The notes: generated by a model from the letters alone, not told the origin. A stretch of DNA of 64,000 bases from Eledone cirrhosa (GCA_964016885.1 CAXHJY010001252.1:1-64000); one strand, 5' to 3'. Shown: positions 45,531 through 62,174, numbered from the stretch's first letter. Numbers and translations: made by a program.

Positions 45531-45532
<2 letters not shown>
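44238..45532 (+). mobile_element. 5'-truncated Penelope-like element: GIY-YIG domain plus pLTR
   Basis: CSLSNCPIRGVDCLRTYVVYKIQCDKCNKFYIGSTIRPLHVRIKEH..EALVIKNLRPPLN at 44238-44700. Both ends are in (TA)n. Confidence 0.9.
45304..45339 (+). ncRNA. Degenerate minimal hammerhead in a PLE pLTR
   Basis: tccc-CCGTTGA-t gggc gtga gccc-GAA-atat-T-ggga. Core is mutated. Confidence 0.5.
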
Positions 45533-45611
<79 letters not shown>

Positions 45612-45749
45612 AAAACAATATATATATATAAATTAATAAAAACAATGAATAAAAACAAAGAAACAGTTCCTTATATTAAAAAATTCATCATTTTACGATC
45701 GTTTCTAGTATATATATATCTGTGTGTTGGTATGTATATCATATAGATC

Positions 45750-46730
45750 TATGTAAAAACGCGTGCGTTGAAATCTCCAAGTACGACAATTTTGTCTGCT
45801 GAAGGAATATTTTTGACAAGTTGCATCAAAGACCAGTAAAAGGTGAGTTTCTCGTCTTCATTGAAGTTCATAGTCGGGTCTTATACAATGACAATGGTAA
45901 GGTAGCTATTGTACATCAGAGGAATTCCCATTGACATGAGACGATCACTGATGCCACTTGGAAACTGGTCAGGTGTCGACACCAAAGACGTTTTCACTGC
46001 AAAAGCCACACCTGCCCCCCCCCCCTCACCATCCTGCTGCTCTGCCATTCCAGTAAAACGTGTAGCCGCTGGACATCTCAGTGATATGACCTTCGAGTAT
46101 CCATGTTTCAGATAAAGCAACAATATCCATATTGTATCGTCCCAGTTCTTTGACAACAAAAGCTGATCTTCTTTCTGGTCGTGATTCCGAAGACACCAAA
46201 TATAATAAAGTCCGGATGTTCCAGCAACCAATATTCATAGGTTTCTTCTTCTTCTTCTTCTTCTTCTTCTTCTTCTTCTTCTTCTTCTTCTGCTCAGTGG
46301 CAGGATAACGACCGGGCCCATGCTGCGCCGGGCCAGACCAATCCACCATCAGTTCCAGAGCCCCCATTACCATTAACTTGTACATCATCATGGTTCATCA
46401 TTGAATATTGATGCCTCTTTTGGCTTCGACCAGCCACAATGCAACAAATAATTTGTTCAAATCGATCAGACGATGCCTGAGCTGGAAATTTTTTTAAGTG
46501 AAGAAAAGCCTTGCACAGAACCAATCCCACTGTCTGAGCATGGAGAGCATGTACCGAAAAGTAGAACTGGTTAACATCATCGGGTGCCCTCAACACAGCA
46601 GGTGTTTATTCGGTGTTTCTCTCTCCTAGAGAGGTGTTGTGACAACAGGTAAGGAGGCATCTCACTCCCAGCTGGCGATCTGGGCGCCAACCCAGGTATT
46701 TCCTGTCCCCGCGCGCACGGGAACACACCG
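45750..46730 (-). pseudogene. RTE-type LINE 5' region with AP endonuclease fragment
   Basis: MNIGCWNIRTL..ELGRYNMDIVALSET..GYTFYWNG..GVAFAVK..SDRLMSM..DKIVVLGDFNAR, with a frameshift and a stop. Confidence 0.88.
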
Positions 46731-46910
46731 TAAAAATATAAAAATGTATATGCAAAAGCACACTCTTGTACATCCGAGGATATATAAGAGAGACGAAAGA
46801 TTTAAAGATTTAAAAAGTTAAAAGAATTAAATATATATATATATATAAATATATGTGTGTATAAATATATAAATATATGTGTGTATAATTATATATATAT
46901 ATGTGTGTGT

Positions 46911-46963
<53 letters not shown>

Positions 46964-46966
<3 letters not shown>

Positions 46967-47023
46967 CGAAGGAGATATGGTAAGGAACCAGATGGACCAT
47001 AACGCACCAGGGTCAAACATTTT

Positions 47024-47028
<5 letters not shown>
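46964..47028 (-). mobile_element. Family H5 element with the hairpin deleted
   Basis: Tail joined directly to gggtcaaacattttcctata. Confidence 0.75.
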
Positions 47029-47099
<71 letters not shown>

Positions 47100-47177
47100 T
47101 GTATATATGTATGTATATATATATATGTATGTATATATATATATGTATGTATATATATGTATATATATGTATGTATG

Positions 47178-47216
<39 letters not shown>

Positions 47217-47554
47217 ATAATTGGAAATCAGTATAATCGAATCTCTGGCGGTTTGCAAGTGAATTCGGCCTACTTATATGAAATGATGAGTTAGCAAAGC
47301 ACTCGATATGGTAGGTCCTTAGAGTAATAACATACGTTTAAAAAGCTTGATGAATCGAACATTGTGGTAGGCTAAACTAACACACAATATGTATACCAGA
47401 GCAACGATAGCACTAATCAGGTTGAGAAATGTATATATATATATATGTATGTATAAATATGATAATAATGGAGCTGCGGCGTTGCAAATGGGTTACATAT
47501 GAAACAGTTTGTCCTTCATCAGTGGTCTTCCAACCGTCATAGGCATTTCATCGC

Positions 47555-47588
<34 letters not shown>

Positions 47589-47636
47589 TGTATGTATGTA
47601 TGTATGTATGTATGTATGTATGAATATATATATATG

Positions 47637-48215
47637 CTCTTTGACAGGTTTTGTTTTTAGTCCTGCAGGATGTCCAAAGTCACCCTCCTCACCAAGAAAC
47701 CTTGGTGGGGTTGCCAGTTTAGTCACCAACGACCCGACCATGAGACAGGTTATACTGGGATACATGTTACCAGTAGCACCAACTGGTGACCTGACAATCG
47801 GATACATGTTACCAGTAGCACCAACTGGTGACCTGACATACATCAAAGAGCAAAGGAGCTCTTAAGATTCAATGGCCATCCAAAATCACCGGGAGAGATG
47901 ACCCCTTAGCCTTTGTCAAGGCAGAATTCTAGGAGAAGGAAAACTCTGATATAACACCTGCAACTCTGATGGTATCCAATGATGTTGACTTGTTCTTCTT
48001 TTTGGTAAATATCATCTTGGTTAAGAGAGTGGGACTGGCTTTGTGCAGTGCCTTTGCTCACTATAAAAGCTTCACGGCACAGGCATTGCTTTATATCTGG
48101 AGATCTCTCTGCACTTGTCCTCACATGGTACCATGGGCCCAGCACTATGTGTCAATAATTGTCACAGGTGTAGTGTTTGTACCAGAGTTTTCAAGTCGCT
48201 GGCTGGACTAAAAAG
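47637..48215. mobile_element. Second copy of the 11961-12436 repeat with an inverted 5' segment
   Basis: 47637-47840 is inverted and 47843-48166 is direct. A ~39-bp internal duplication is present. Confidence 0.8.
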
Positions 48216-48847
48216 TCACACTCGTTCAGCGCATCGGTAGGGGGTTCTCCTACATGGATATAAAGTAGTGGCCGTACTCGAAAACGAGTTGGCAGCCACT
48301 ATATATATATATGTATGTATGTATGTATATATATATGTATGTATGTATATATATATATATGTATATTGTATGTATGTATGTATATATATATATATATGTA
48401 TATTGTATGTATGTATGTATATATATATATATATATATGTATATTGTATGTATGTATGTATGTATATATATATGTATGTATATATATATATACACACACA
48501 CATATATATATGCACATATATATATATGCGCGTGTGTGTGTGCATGTATATGTATATATATATATATATGTATATGTATGTATATATATATAGAGATTAG
48601 AGCAAACATCACGGGCGCTCTATCTCAAAATTATTTTTGAAAAGCATTAGAAATGCGCAACCGCTAAAAACTTAAAACTAAAACTGAATACTAACCAATA
48701 CTATTACCAATTTTTACTTATTCCTAATTAAACTATTTTTCACTGGGAACAATTTGTCAGCATTTTCTTTTCCTTTTACCAATATATCACAACTCGTTTT
48801 TTACACCTCTGTTCTTTTAAATATATATATATGTGTGTATATATATA

Positions 48848-49112
48848 TATTGTTATACTTGGGGAGGGTCATATTGTTATAATATTGCCAGAAATTATAA
48901 CAGAACACACTCACTGTTTGGTTGGTTTTCGCTTCTGTATCTTTTATATCTCAATAGTTAATTTATTTGGCAATCAACGTTTATCAATGATTGACCAACG
49001 GTTAAAAATACACATATAAATATATATATATAGTCTAACAAAGTTCTTTCGTTGCACATCTGCAACATCATCAGTGGTACTAATATCATGTTCCTGTCTA
49101 TTGTATTGTAAT
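48848..49112 (-). mobile_element. Family H2 element with hammerhead-like motif at 49031-49082
   Basis: tagtacca-CTGATGA-t gttgca gatg tgcaac-GAAA-gaactt. Confidence 0.8.
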
Positions 49113-49127
49113 ATGTATATATGTATA

Positions 49128-49171
<44 letters not shown>

Positions 49172-49175
<4 letters not shown>

Positions 49176-49400
49176 CTTGAGCGACCAGTCTGATGCTGGT
49201 CACAGCAGGTCGTGTTGTTTTAGCCATTAGATAACGCCATCTCACTGGCTGGGCGGGCAGGTACACATTTCTACAGCTGAGTAAACTGGAGCAACGTGAA
49301 ATAAAGTGTCTTGCTCAAGGAAACAACACCTCACCCGGTCCGAGAATTGAACTCACAACCTTTCGATTGCAAGCCCAATGCTCTAACCACTAAGCCATGC
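49172..49400 (-). mobile_element. SINE family B
   Basis: tRNA-like head tggcttagtggttagagc..gagttcaattc. Confidence 0.85.
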
Positions 49401-49532
49401 ACATATATATATACATATATACATATATACATATATTTATATATACATATATACATATATTTATATATACATATATACATATATATATATACATATATAA
49501 ATATATGTATATATATATATACATATATATAC

Positions 49533-49567
<35 letters not shown>

Positions 49568-49719
49568 CATATATATACATATATACATATATATACATAT
49601 ATATATATACATATATATATGTATATATATATACATACATATATATATATATACATATATATATATGTAAGTATGTATGTATACGTACATACATATATGT
49701 ATACAGACGTACAGTAGCA

Positions 49720-49761
<42 letters not shown>

Positions 49762-49931
49762 TATACACATATGCATACAGGTACACATACATATATGCAT
49801 GCATCAGTTTAGCCGACGTTTATTATAACGCCTGCTTTGTTCGTTTGTTTGTCAACAAATCGAACAGCCTGAATTTATGCCATACGGTGTTAAGGCAACC
49901 ACGTCACCTTTTTGTTCAACACTGACACAGG

Positions 49932-49976
49932 AACGATGTACTAGTTTCAAGCTTGTTAGCCATCATCAGCACCGTT
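49932..49976 (-). ncRNA. Minimal type-I hammerhead ribozyme (family H4)
   Basis: aacggtg-CTGATGA-t ggct aaca agct t-GAA-ac ta gt-A-catcgtt. Confidence 0.88.
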
Positions 49977-50111
49977 TACCCATCTGCCAGATAGTTGAAC
50001 GGTATGCCTGACCGATTTAACTCACTCAATATGCAAATTAGGCTGCTCAGCCGTTAATTTTCATAAGGAAAGTATATACTTTCGAACGTTCAACTATCTG
50101 GCAGATGGGTA

Positions 50112-50156
50112 AACGGTGCTGATGATAGCTAACAAGCTTGAAACTAGTACATCGTT
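50112..50156 (+). ncRNA. Minimal type-I hammerhead ribozyme (family H4), predicted cut after 50149
   Basis: aacggtg-CTGATGA-t agct aaca agct t-GAA-ac ta gt-A-catcgtt. Confidence 0.9.
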
Positions 50157-50326
50157 CCTGTGTCAGTGTTGAACAAAAAGGTGACGTGGTTGCCTTAACA
50201 CCGTATGGCATAAATTCAGGCTGTTCGATTTGTTGACAAACAAACGAACAAAGCAGGCGTTATAATAAACGTCGGCTAAACTGATGCGTGCATATATGTA
50301 TGTGTACCTGTATGCATATGTGTATA

Positions 50327-50392
<66 letters not shown>

Positions 50393-50633
50393 TATGCATG
50401 CTACTGTACGTCTGTATACATATATGTATGTACGTATACATACATACTTACATTTAAGTAAGTGCCATACTAAGAATGAGAAATGAAATTTCGTTTTCAT
50501 TTTTTTTCAGCTTATCGTTTTCGGTATGCCTGACCGATTTAACTCACTCAATATGCAAATTAGGCTGCTCAGCCGTTAATTTTCATAAGGAAAGTATATA
50601 CTTTCGAACGTTCAACTATCTGGCAGATGGGTA

Positions 50634-50678
50634 AACGGTGCTGATGATAGCTAACAAGCTTGAAACTAGTACATCGTT
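50634..50678 (+). ncRNA. Minimal type-I hammerhead ribozyme (family H4), predicted cut after 50671
   Basis: Identical to 50112-50156. Confidence 0.9.
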
Positions 50679-50848
50679 CCTGTGTCAGTGTTGAACAAAA
50701 AGGTGACGTGGTTGCCTTAACACCGTATGGCATAAATTCAGGCTGTTCGATTTGTTGACAAACAAACGAACAAAGCAGGCGTTATAATAAACGTCGGCTA
50801 AACTGACGCGTGCATATATGTATGTGTACCTGTATGCATATGTGTATA

Positions 50849-50900
<52 letters not shown>

Positions 50901-51013
50901 TGCTACTGTACGTCTGTATAGATATATGTATGTACGTATACATACATACTTACATTTAAGTAAGTGCCATACTAAGAGTGAGAAATGAAATTTCGTTTTC
51001 ATTTTTTTTTCAA

Positions 51014-51015
<2 letters not shown>

Positions 51016-51055
<40 letters not shown>

Positions 51056-51158
51056 TATATACATATATATACATACATATATATATACATACATATATAT
51101 ATACATATATATATATACATATATATACATATATATATATACATATATATATATACAC

Positions 51159-51231
<73 letters not shown>

Positions 51232-51533
51232 CATATACATATATATATATACATATATATATATATACATATATATATATACATATATATATACATATAC
51301 ATATATATATATACATATATATATATACATATATATACATACATATATATGCATATATATACATACATATATATATAGATATACATATATTTATATATAT
51401 ACATATATATATATACATATATATACATACATATATATATATATATACATATACATATATTTATATATACATATACATATATATACATATATATATATGT
51501 ATATATATATATTGTTATACATACATATATATA

Positions 51534-51579
<46 letters not shown>

Positions 51580-51621
51580 CATATACATATATATATATAT
51601 ATATACATATATATGTATACA

Positions 51622-51673
<52 letters not shown>

Positions 51674-51687
51674 AATATATGTATATG

Positions 51688-51760
<73 letters not shown>

Positions 51761-52845
51761 GTATACATATATATATATATACGTATACATATATATATAT
51801 ATATGTATATATATTCACACGTGACGTGCTGCATACATTACAAAGCCCATCTTCAATTCAGGACTATTATTACCGTTGTTGTTGTTGTTGTTGTTGTTGT
51901 TGTCATCACACGTTTAACATGTCAACTGGAAATGCCAGCCAGCACCAGGCGGTCTAATGATGACAGAACACTTATCGATGGTAGTGGAATCAATAGCCTC
52001 CACCACCATCACCACCATCACACCACCACCATCACACCAGGATAATCATACCACACACACCACCACCATCACCACCACCACCAACACCACACACACCACC
52101 ACCATCACCACCACAGACCACCACCATCACCACCACCACCATCACACCACCACCATCACCACCACCACCACCACCACCACCACCACCACACACACCACCA
52201 CCATCACACCACCGCCACCACCACCACACCACCACCAACACCAACAACACACCACCACCACCACCACCATCACCACCACATCACCACCACCACCATCACC
52301 ACCACCACCATCACACCACCAACATCACCATCACCACCAACACCACCACCACCACCACCACCATCACACCACCATAATCACACCACCACCACCACCATCA
52401 CAACCACCACCATCACCACCACCATCATCACACCACCACCATCACCACCACCATCATCACACCACCACCACCACCACCATCACACCACCACCACCACCAT
52501 CACCATCACCAACATCACCATCACCACCACACCACCACCACCACCACACCACCATCACACCACCACCACCACCACCACCATCACACCACTACCGCCACCA
52601 CAACCACCACCACACCACCATCACACCACCACCATCATCACACCACCACCACCACCATCACCACCACCAACATCACCACCACCACATCACCACCACCACC
52701 ACCACCTTCCACTACAGTTGTCATCATCACCATCATTATCATCATCACCATCGTCATCGAAACCACCACCACCACCACCACCACCACCATCCCCACCATC
52801 ACCACCACCACCACCCCACCACCACTCATCATCATCATCATCATT
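51016..52845. repeat. (TA/CATA)n tract followed by a (CAC/CAT)n tract
   Basis: Directly visible. Confidence 0.95.
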
Positions 52846-53189
52846 GTGTAAATATGAAGCGGACTTTGACGCGCATCCATTTGTGTTCTATGCGACAGCT
52901 GCTTACACACGTGGTACGTCACACACACATCCACACATCCACACACACGCACATACACATACACATACACACATACATATACACATGCATATACATATTC
53001 ATATACACATACATATACATATTCATATACACACATATACATATACACATACACACACACACATACATATACATATTCATATACACATACATACACATAT
53101 TCATATACACACATATACATATACACATACACACACACACATACATATACACATACACACACACACATACATATACATATTCATATACA

Positions 53190-54380
53190 CATACATACAC
53201 ACATATACATACATATTAATATACACATACATAATAAATATATACACATACATACACATACACATACATATATACACCTACATAATAAATATATACACAT
53301 ACATATTAATATACATATACATAATAAATATATACACATACACATACATACACATATACATACATAATAATATACATATACATAATAAATATATACACAT
53401 ACACATACATGCACACATACATACATACATGTATACATACATTTATATATACACATACATAATAAATATATACACATACACATACATGCACACATACATA
53501 CATATATACATACATATATATATACACATACATAATAAATATATACACATACACATACATGCACACATACATACATATATACATACATATATATATACAC
53601 ATACATAATAAATATATACACATACACATACATGCACACATACATACATATATACATACATATATATATACACATACATAATAAATATATACACATACAC
53701 ATACATGCACACATACATACACATATACATACATATTAATATACACATACATAATAAATATATACACATACACATACATGCACACATACATACACATATA
53801 CATACATATTAATATACACATACATAATAAATATATACACATACATATACATGCACACATACATACATATATACATACATATATATATACACATACATAA
53901 TAAATATATACACATACACATACATGCACACATACATACACATATACATACATATTAATATACACATACATAATAAATATATACACATACACATACATGC
54001 ACACATACATACACATATACATACATATTAATATACACATACATAATAAATATATACACATACATATACATGCACACATACATACATATATACATACATA
54101 TTAATATACACATACATAATAAATATATACACATACACATACATGCACACATACATACACATATACATACATATTAATATACACATACATAATAAATATA
54201 TACACATACACATACATGCACACATACATACATACATGTATACATACATTTATATATACACATACATAATAAATATATACACATACATATTAATATACAT
54301 ATGCATAATAAATATATACACACACATATACATACATATTAATATACATATACGTAATAAATATATACACATACACATAC
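53190..54380. repeat. 73-bp minisatellite built from CA/TA microsatellite
   Basis: Marker cataataaatatatacac recurs with a 73-bp period (ORF starts at 53714, 53787, 53933, 54006, 54079, 54152). Confidence 0.9.
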
Positions 54381-54494
54381 ATTCACATATGCATACATAT
54401 ATATATACACATACACATACACACAGACTTAATACACACCTATATACACACTGTGACGGACAGGCAGCTGCCTATTGAAGGGGAAGCGCATATC

Positions 54495-54578
<84 letters not shown>

Positions 54579-54705
54579 TATACACACACACGATATACAC
54601 ACCGGCACGCATCTGCACATGAATAGCCATTTATATTAATTGATATATATTAAGTCATATACAGGAATGTATGTATGTCTCTGTGTATATATATGTATGT
54701 ATGCT

Positions 54706-54758
<53 letters not shown>

Positions 54759-54771
54759 CATGCAAGGACAC

Positions 54772-54844
<73 letters not shown>

Positions 54845-55155
54845 CATGAAGACACTGCATATATAAATTTATACACTCACATGCTTTTCGATATACATGT
54901 ATATTACATTACAATAACTGACTATATATATATATATATATAGATAGATAGATAGATATAGATATATATAATGTGTATATATATATGTATATATATATAA
55001 TGTGTATATATATATGTATATATATATAATGTGTATATATATATGTATATATATATATATATATAATGTATATATATATAATGTGTATATATATATATAA
55101 TGTATATATATATGTATATATATATATGTGTATATATATATATGTATATATATAT

Positions 55156-55337
55156 AATTGTTTCTACTTTTGGCACAAGGCCAGTAATTACCCAGTGCAT
55201 TACTGGTACTTTATTTTATCGACCCCGTAAGGATGAAAGGCAAAGTTAACCTCGGCGGGATTTGAACTCAGAATGGCAAGGGCCGTAACTATGCGTCAAA
55301 GCATGGCGTCCGACTCTCTACCGATACTGCCAATCCC
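55156..55337 (-). mobile_element. SINE family A
   Basis: Homology, inserted in (TA)n. Confidence 0.9.
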
Positions 55338-55368
55338 ATATATATATATATATATATATGTATGTATT

Positions 55369-55403
<35 letters not shown>

Positions 55404-55442
55404 TGTATATATATGTATATATGTATATATATATGATGTATG

Positions 55443-55516
<74 letters not shown>

Positions 55517-55518
<2 letters not shown>

Positions 55519-55818
55519 GTTAACCTTGGTCTTCCTCTTCTAGTGTGTCCATGTAGGGGCTCCCAAAGGAGCACTGAGTGCAATGTCAACTCTGGATGTC
55601 GGTGAGCATGTCCAGCCAACCTCAGTCTCCTCTGTGTCACTTTTGAGCTGACTTTTGGGATGCTCCCATACAGCTCTGAGTTTTTCATCCTCAGTGTATG
55701 TGTTGATGCCCTAAGGACAGACACTGGTCTGTTGGAGATGCAGGATATGGCAGCGATAATGAGGGACAGAGACCGCTGGTGAGAACTCGTCCATGGATCT
55801 CAGGAATTTTACTCGCCT
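55517..55818. mobile_element. RTE-type LINE 3' end with 5' inversion
   Basis: 55517-55692 minus: [37 protein letters not shown]. 55696-55818 plus: VDALRTDTG.. Confidence 0.88.
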
Positions 55819-56206
55819 TAGATATAGATAGATAGATATATATATAATGTATATATATGTATATATATGTATATATGTATATATATATGATGTATATATA
55901 TATATATGTATATATGTATATATACATATCACACACACAGACACCCACACATATACATAGCCACAGACATACATAACTCAACATAGACCCTCCGACTTAC
56001 ACATACATTAACACAAAATATATCCACACACATACATATGCATAAACATACGCACCTACACACACACAAACACATCCATAAACATACACATCCATACCAA
56101 CACACACACACTCATAAACATACACATCCATACCAACACACACGCACTCATAAACATACACATCCATACCAACACACACCCACTCATAAACATACACATC
56201 CATACC

Positions 56207-56272
<66 letters not shown>

Positions 56273-56354
56273 CATACACATCTACCTCTATATACACACT
56301 CATAAAGATATACATCCACAGCTACGCATCCGCAGCAAAGGTATCCACATTTGA

Positions 56355-56388
<34 letters not shown>

Positions 56389-57088
56389 CCACACCTACAC
56401 ACAACTTACTGAACACACACACGTATATGCACTCTCACACATACACCTAGACATACCTACACACACGTACATACTCTCTCTCACACACACATCCACACCT
56501 ACACACGTACATACTCTCTCTCACACACACATCCACACCTACACACAACTTACTGAACACACACACGTATATGCACTCTCACGCATACACCTACACACAC
56601 CTACACACACGTACATACTCTCTCTCACACACACATCCACACCTACACACACCTACACACGTACATACACTCTCTCACACACACATCCACACCTACACAC
56701 AACTTACTGAACACACACACACGTATATGCACTCTCACACATACACCTACACACACCTACACACACGTACATACACTCTCTCACACGCATCCACACCGAC
56801 ACAATCTCACACCTACACACGCGTACATACCCTCTCACACATCTACACACTCTCACACCTACACACACTCACACACACACCTACACACACACACCTACAC
56901 ACACCTACAAACACTCTCTCACACACACACAGCTACACATAATTTAAATAGATGTCGTTCACTATAGTCTATCATTGCTATGTTATGTGAGAATTGGCCG
57001 CAATATGGCGGATGGCTTCAATATGGCGGACTTTTGTAAACACGCTCGTCTCTCTGTGTTTGTGTGTGTGTGTGTGTATTTATATTTG

Positions 57089-57125
<37 letters not shown>

Positions 57126-57162
57126 ATTTATATATATATGTATATATATATATAAATATATT

Positions 57163-57253
57163 TAAGATCAAAAGATGGTTAAAGGAGTTCCATATATTTT
57201 ATTATGCGCATTTCAAAAACAAACATCATCATGCAATAATATTTGTGTTTTCA
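57163..57253 (-). mobile_element. Family H8 fragment truncated within the HHR core
   Basis: Matches 58833-58923 and stops at the TGA of CTGATGA. Confidence 0.85.
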
Positions 57254-57653
57254 CATTTGTGTATATATAAATATATATATATATGTATGTATATTTATAT
57301 TTATATATATATGTATATATATATAAATATATATATGTATGTATATTTATATTTATATATATATGTATATATATATAAATATAAATGCGGTGCCCCAGCA
57401 TGGCCTCAGCCGGATGGCTGAAACAGGTAAAAGAGTAAAAGAGTATATGTATGTATATTTATATATATAAATATGTATATGTATATATATATAAATATAT
57501 ATATATGTATGTATGTATATTTATATATATAAATATGTATGTATGTATATTTATATATATAAATATGTATGTATATATATTTATATATGTATGTATGTAT
57601 GTATATATATTTATATTTATATATGTATGTATGTATGCATATATATTTCTATT

Positions 57654-57686
<33 letters not shown>

Positions 57687-57870
57687 ATATATTTATATTT
57701 ATATATATATGTATGTATGTATATATATTTATATATATAAATATGTATGTATATATATTTATATATATATGTATGTATGTATATATATTTATATTTATAT
57801 ATATATGTATGTATGTATATTTATTTAGATTTATATATATATATATGTATATATTTACATAAATGGATAT

Positions 57871-57952
<82 letters not shown>

Positions 57953-57957
<5 letters not shown>

Positions 57958-58027
57958 TGCAAAAAATGTATACACACTTCAACAACATTCTAATAAAAAT
58001 GTGTATCATATTTTGGGACACCCTGTA
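57953..58027. mobile_element. Tiny Tc1/mariner-type MITE remnant
   Basis: Right end ttttgggacaccctg-TA, with a degenerate inverted left end. Confidence 0.5.
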
Positions 58028-58099
58028 TCTCTCTCTCTCTCTCTCTCCCTCCCACTCTCTCTCTCTCTTCCTCCCACTCTCCCTATTATATATAGTTAT

Positions 58100-58179
<80 letters not shown>

Positions 58180-58384
58180 CTGTAGATGTCCCACTGTGCA
58201 GCACACCTACAATATATAACCCAAGCCCGCCTCCATCACCAGCTATCCCACTCAAATTATAAAATGTTGCACATGGAGAACTGCACGCTATGCACAAATC
58301 ATGTGCAGAAATATGCATATAATTTTATGTGCATGAATATATGATCATACAAAGTTGTATATATGTATATATAATATATATATA

Positions 58385-58434
<50 letters not shown>

Positions 58435-58527
58435 GAATATAAATTGTATGTGTATGCACATATGTGTTTGCCTGCATACATGCTTTTGTATTAACTTAAA
58501 TGTATATATGTATATATATATATATAT

Positions 58528-60166
<1,639 letters not shown>

Positions 60167-60195
60167 CACATATATATATATATATGTGTATATAT

Positions 60196-60304
<109 letters not shown>

Positions 60305-60652
60305 TTCGTTACTAATTGTACGTTTGTATGTGCACGTGCATGTACTTTTGTGTGTTTGTGTGTATAAGTGTGTGTAATTGTGTGTATATGTGTGCATGTG
60401 TGTGTGTATGTGTGTGTGTGTGTGGCTGTGTGTGCATGTTTGTGCTTGTGTGTGTGTGCATGTGTGTGTGTGTGTGTTGAGCTTCATCTTAAAGAAAGGT
60501 TCTTTTCACTTTATGTGGCTGCTTCGTCAATATCGAAATCAAATCGCGAGAGTTAAATAGAACCACGATATCAACACACAGGCACACACTCAGAGACACA
60601 CACACATACATACATACACACATACACATACACTGTGAGAGAGAGAGAGAGA

Positions 60653-60723
<71 letters not shown>

Positions 60724-60764
60724 AAACACACACACAGAAACACACACACAGATACACAGACACA

Positions 60765-60857
<93 letters not shown>

Positions 60858-61204
60858 AGAAATAAAAACAGTCATATCTACGTATATTAAACACATGCCT
60901 ACTCTGTACGTTTTGAGTTCAACTTTTCTATTCATCCTTCTATGGCCGACATAGTACCAGTGTAATACTGGGGTTGATCTAAGCGGTTTTCCCTTCTCCC
61001 TAAATTGTTAACCTGTTGCTTTTCTGTTTCGTACTGGTTTTATTCGAGACCTCTGGTATCTTTGTGTCCCGCAGAGACGACAGCAAGTAACATGGATTGA
61101 GCCCCATGAGGCGGGTTGGTTGATGTAGCGGGTGTCGCCGGCCATCCTTCGTGGCAATGCCTCCACCATTGTTTTGGTCGTACGGCTGAATCCACTAATT
61201 TGCA

Positions 61205-61319
61205 TTGGGCTTGCAATCGAAAGGTTATGAGTTCAATTCTCAGACCGGGTGATGTGTTGTTTCCTTGAGCAAGACACTTTATTTCACATTGCTCCAGTTT
61301 ACTCAGCTGTAGAAATGAG
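61205..61319 (+). mobile_element. SINE family B fragment
   Basis: Homology to 49270-49380. Confidence 0.8.
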
Positions 61320-61493
61320 ATGATAGGGACCGGGGTCCCTATCATTTAATCACCCGAGACACCTCCAACGAGATAGGTGTGAACTGTAACAACAACAACA
61401 ACGGCTGAATCACAGCTCAGACTGGGGCGTAGTCTCTCTCCCATCCCCCAATCTTTCTTTTTTCTTTCCCTTTAAATATTATTGTTTGTCTAA

Positions 61494-61680
61494 GGTGGTG
61501 GATTGGCAGTATCGATAGAGGGTCGGACGCCATGCTTTGACGCGTAGAGTTACGGCCCTTGCCATTCTGAGTTCAAATCCCGCCGAGGTTAACTTTGCCT
61601 TTCATCCTCACGGGGTCGATAAAATAAAGTACCAGTAATACACTGCGATAATTGCTGGCCTTGTTCCAAAAATAGAAACA
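61494..61680 (+). mobile_element. SINE family A with TSD
   Basis: TSD attattgtttgtctaa on both sides. Confidence 0.9.
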
Positions 61681-61941
61681 ATTATTGTTTGTCTAATATT
61701 ACAATGTTAGCAATTTAGAACAATTATGCGCCATGTTTGGTAGAATCCCCTTCCCAGATTCACACGATATTGACTGAACCAAAGATAGGTTAAACAAAAA
61801 CCTCGCCCAAGATGTCACGCAGTTAGATCGAACCCCAGACTTGATGATTGCGAAGCGACCTTCCTAACCATTCGGCTAAGCTGCGACTGCATGTACTCAT
61901 ATGTCCTCGCACAAACACATACAGTCCACACACACACACAT

Positions 61942-61984
<43 letters not shown>

Positions 61985-61991
<7 letters not shown>

Positions 61992-62036
61992 GAAGATATC
62001 AGCACACGCATACACATATATCTACACCCATGCATT

Positions 62037-62092
<56 letters not shown>

Positions 62093-62143
62093 CATGAAGA
62101 TAAAAGCACACGCATACACATATATCTACACCCATGCATTGAT

Positions 62144-62174
<31 letters not shown>

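Larger units (their letters stand above)
49665..51015. mobile_element. Family H4 array: inverted partial copy plus two head-to-tail ~522-bp units
   Basis: 49665-50000 is inverted. 50000-50522 and 50523-51015 are direct repeats. Confidence 0.9.

Noticed and set aside
47280-47530. ATGATGAG..CTCGATA motif and minus-strand CTGATGA at about 47516-47522
   Set aside because: Missing or mutated core halves, and no complete fold.
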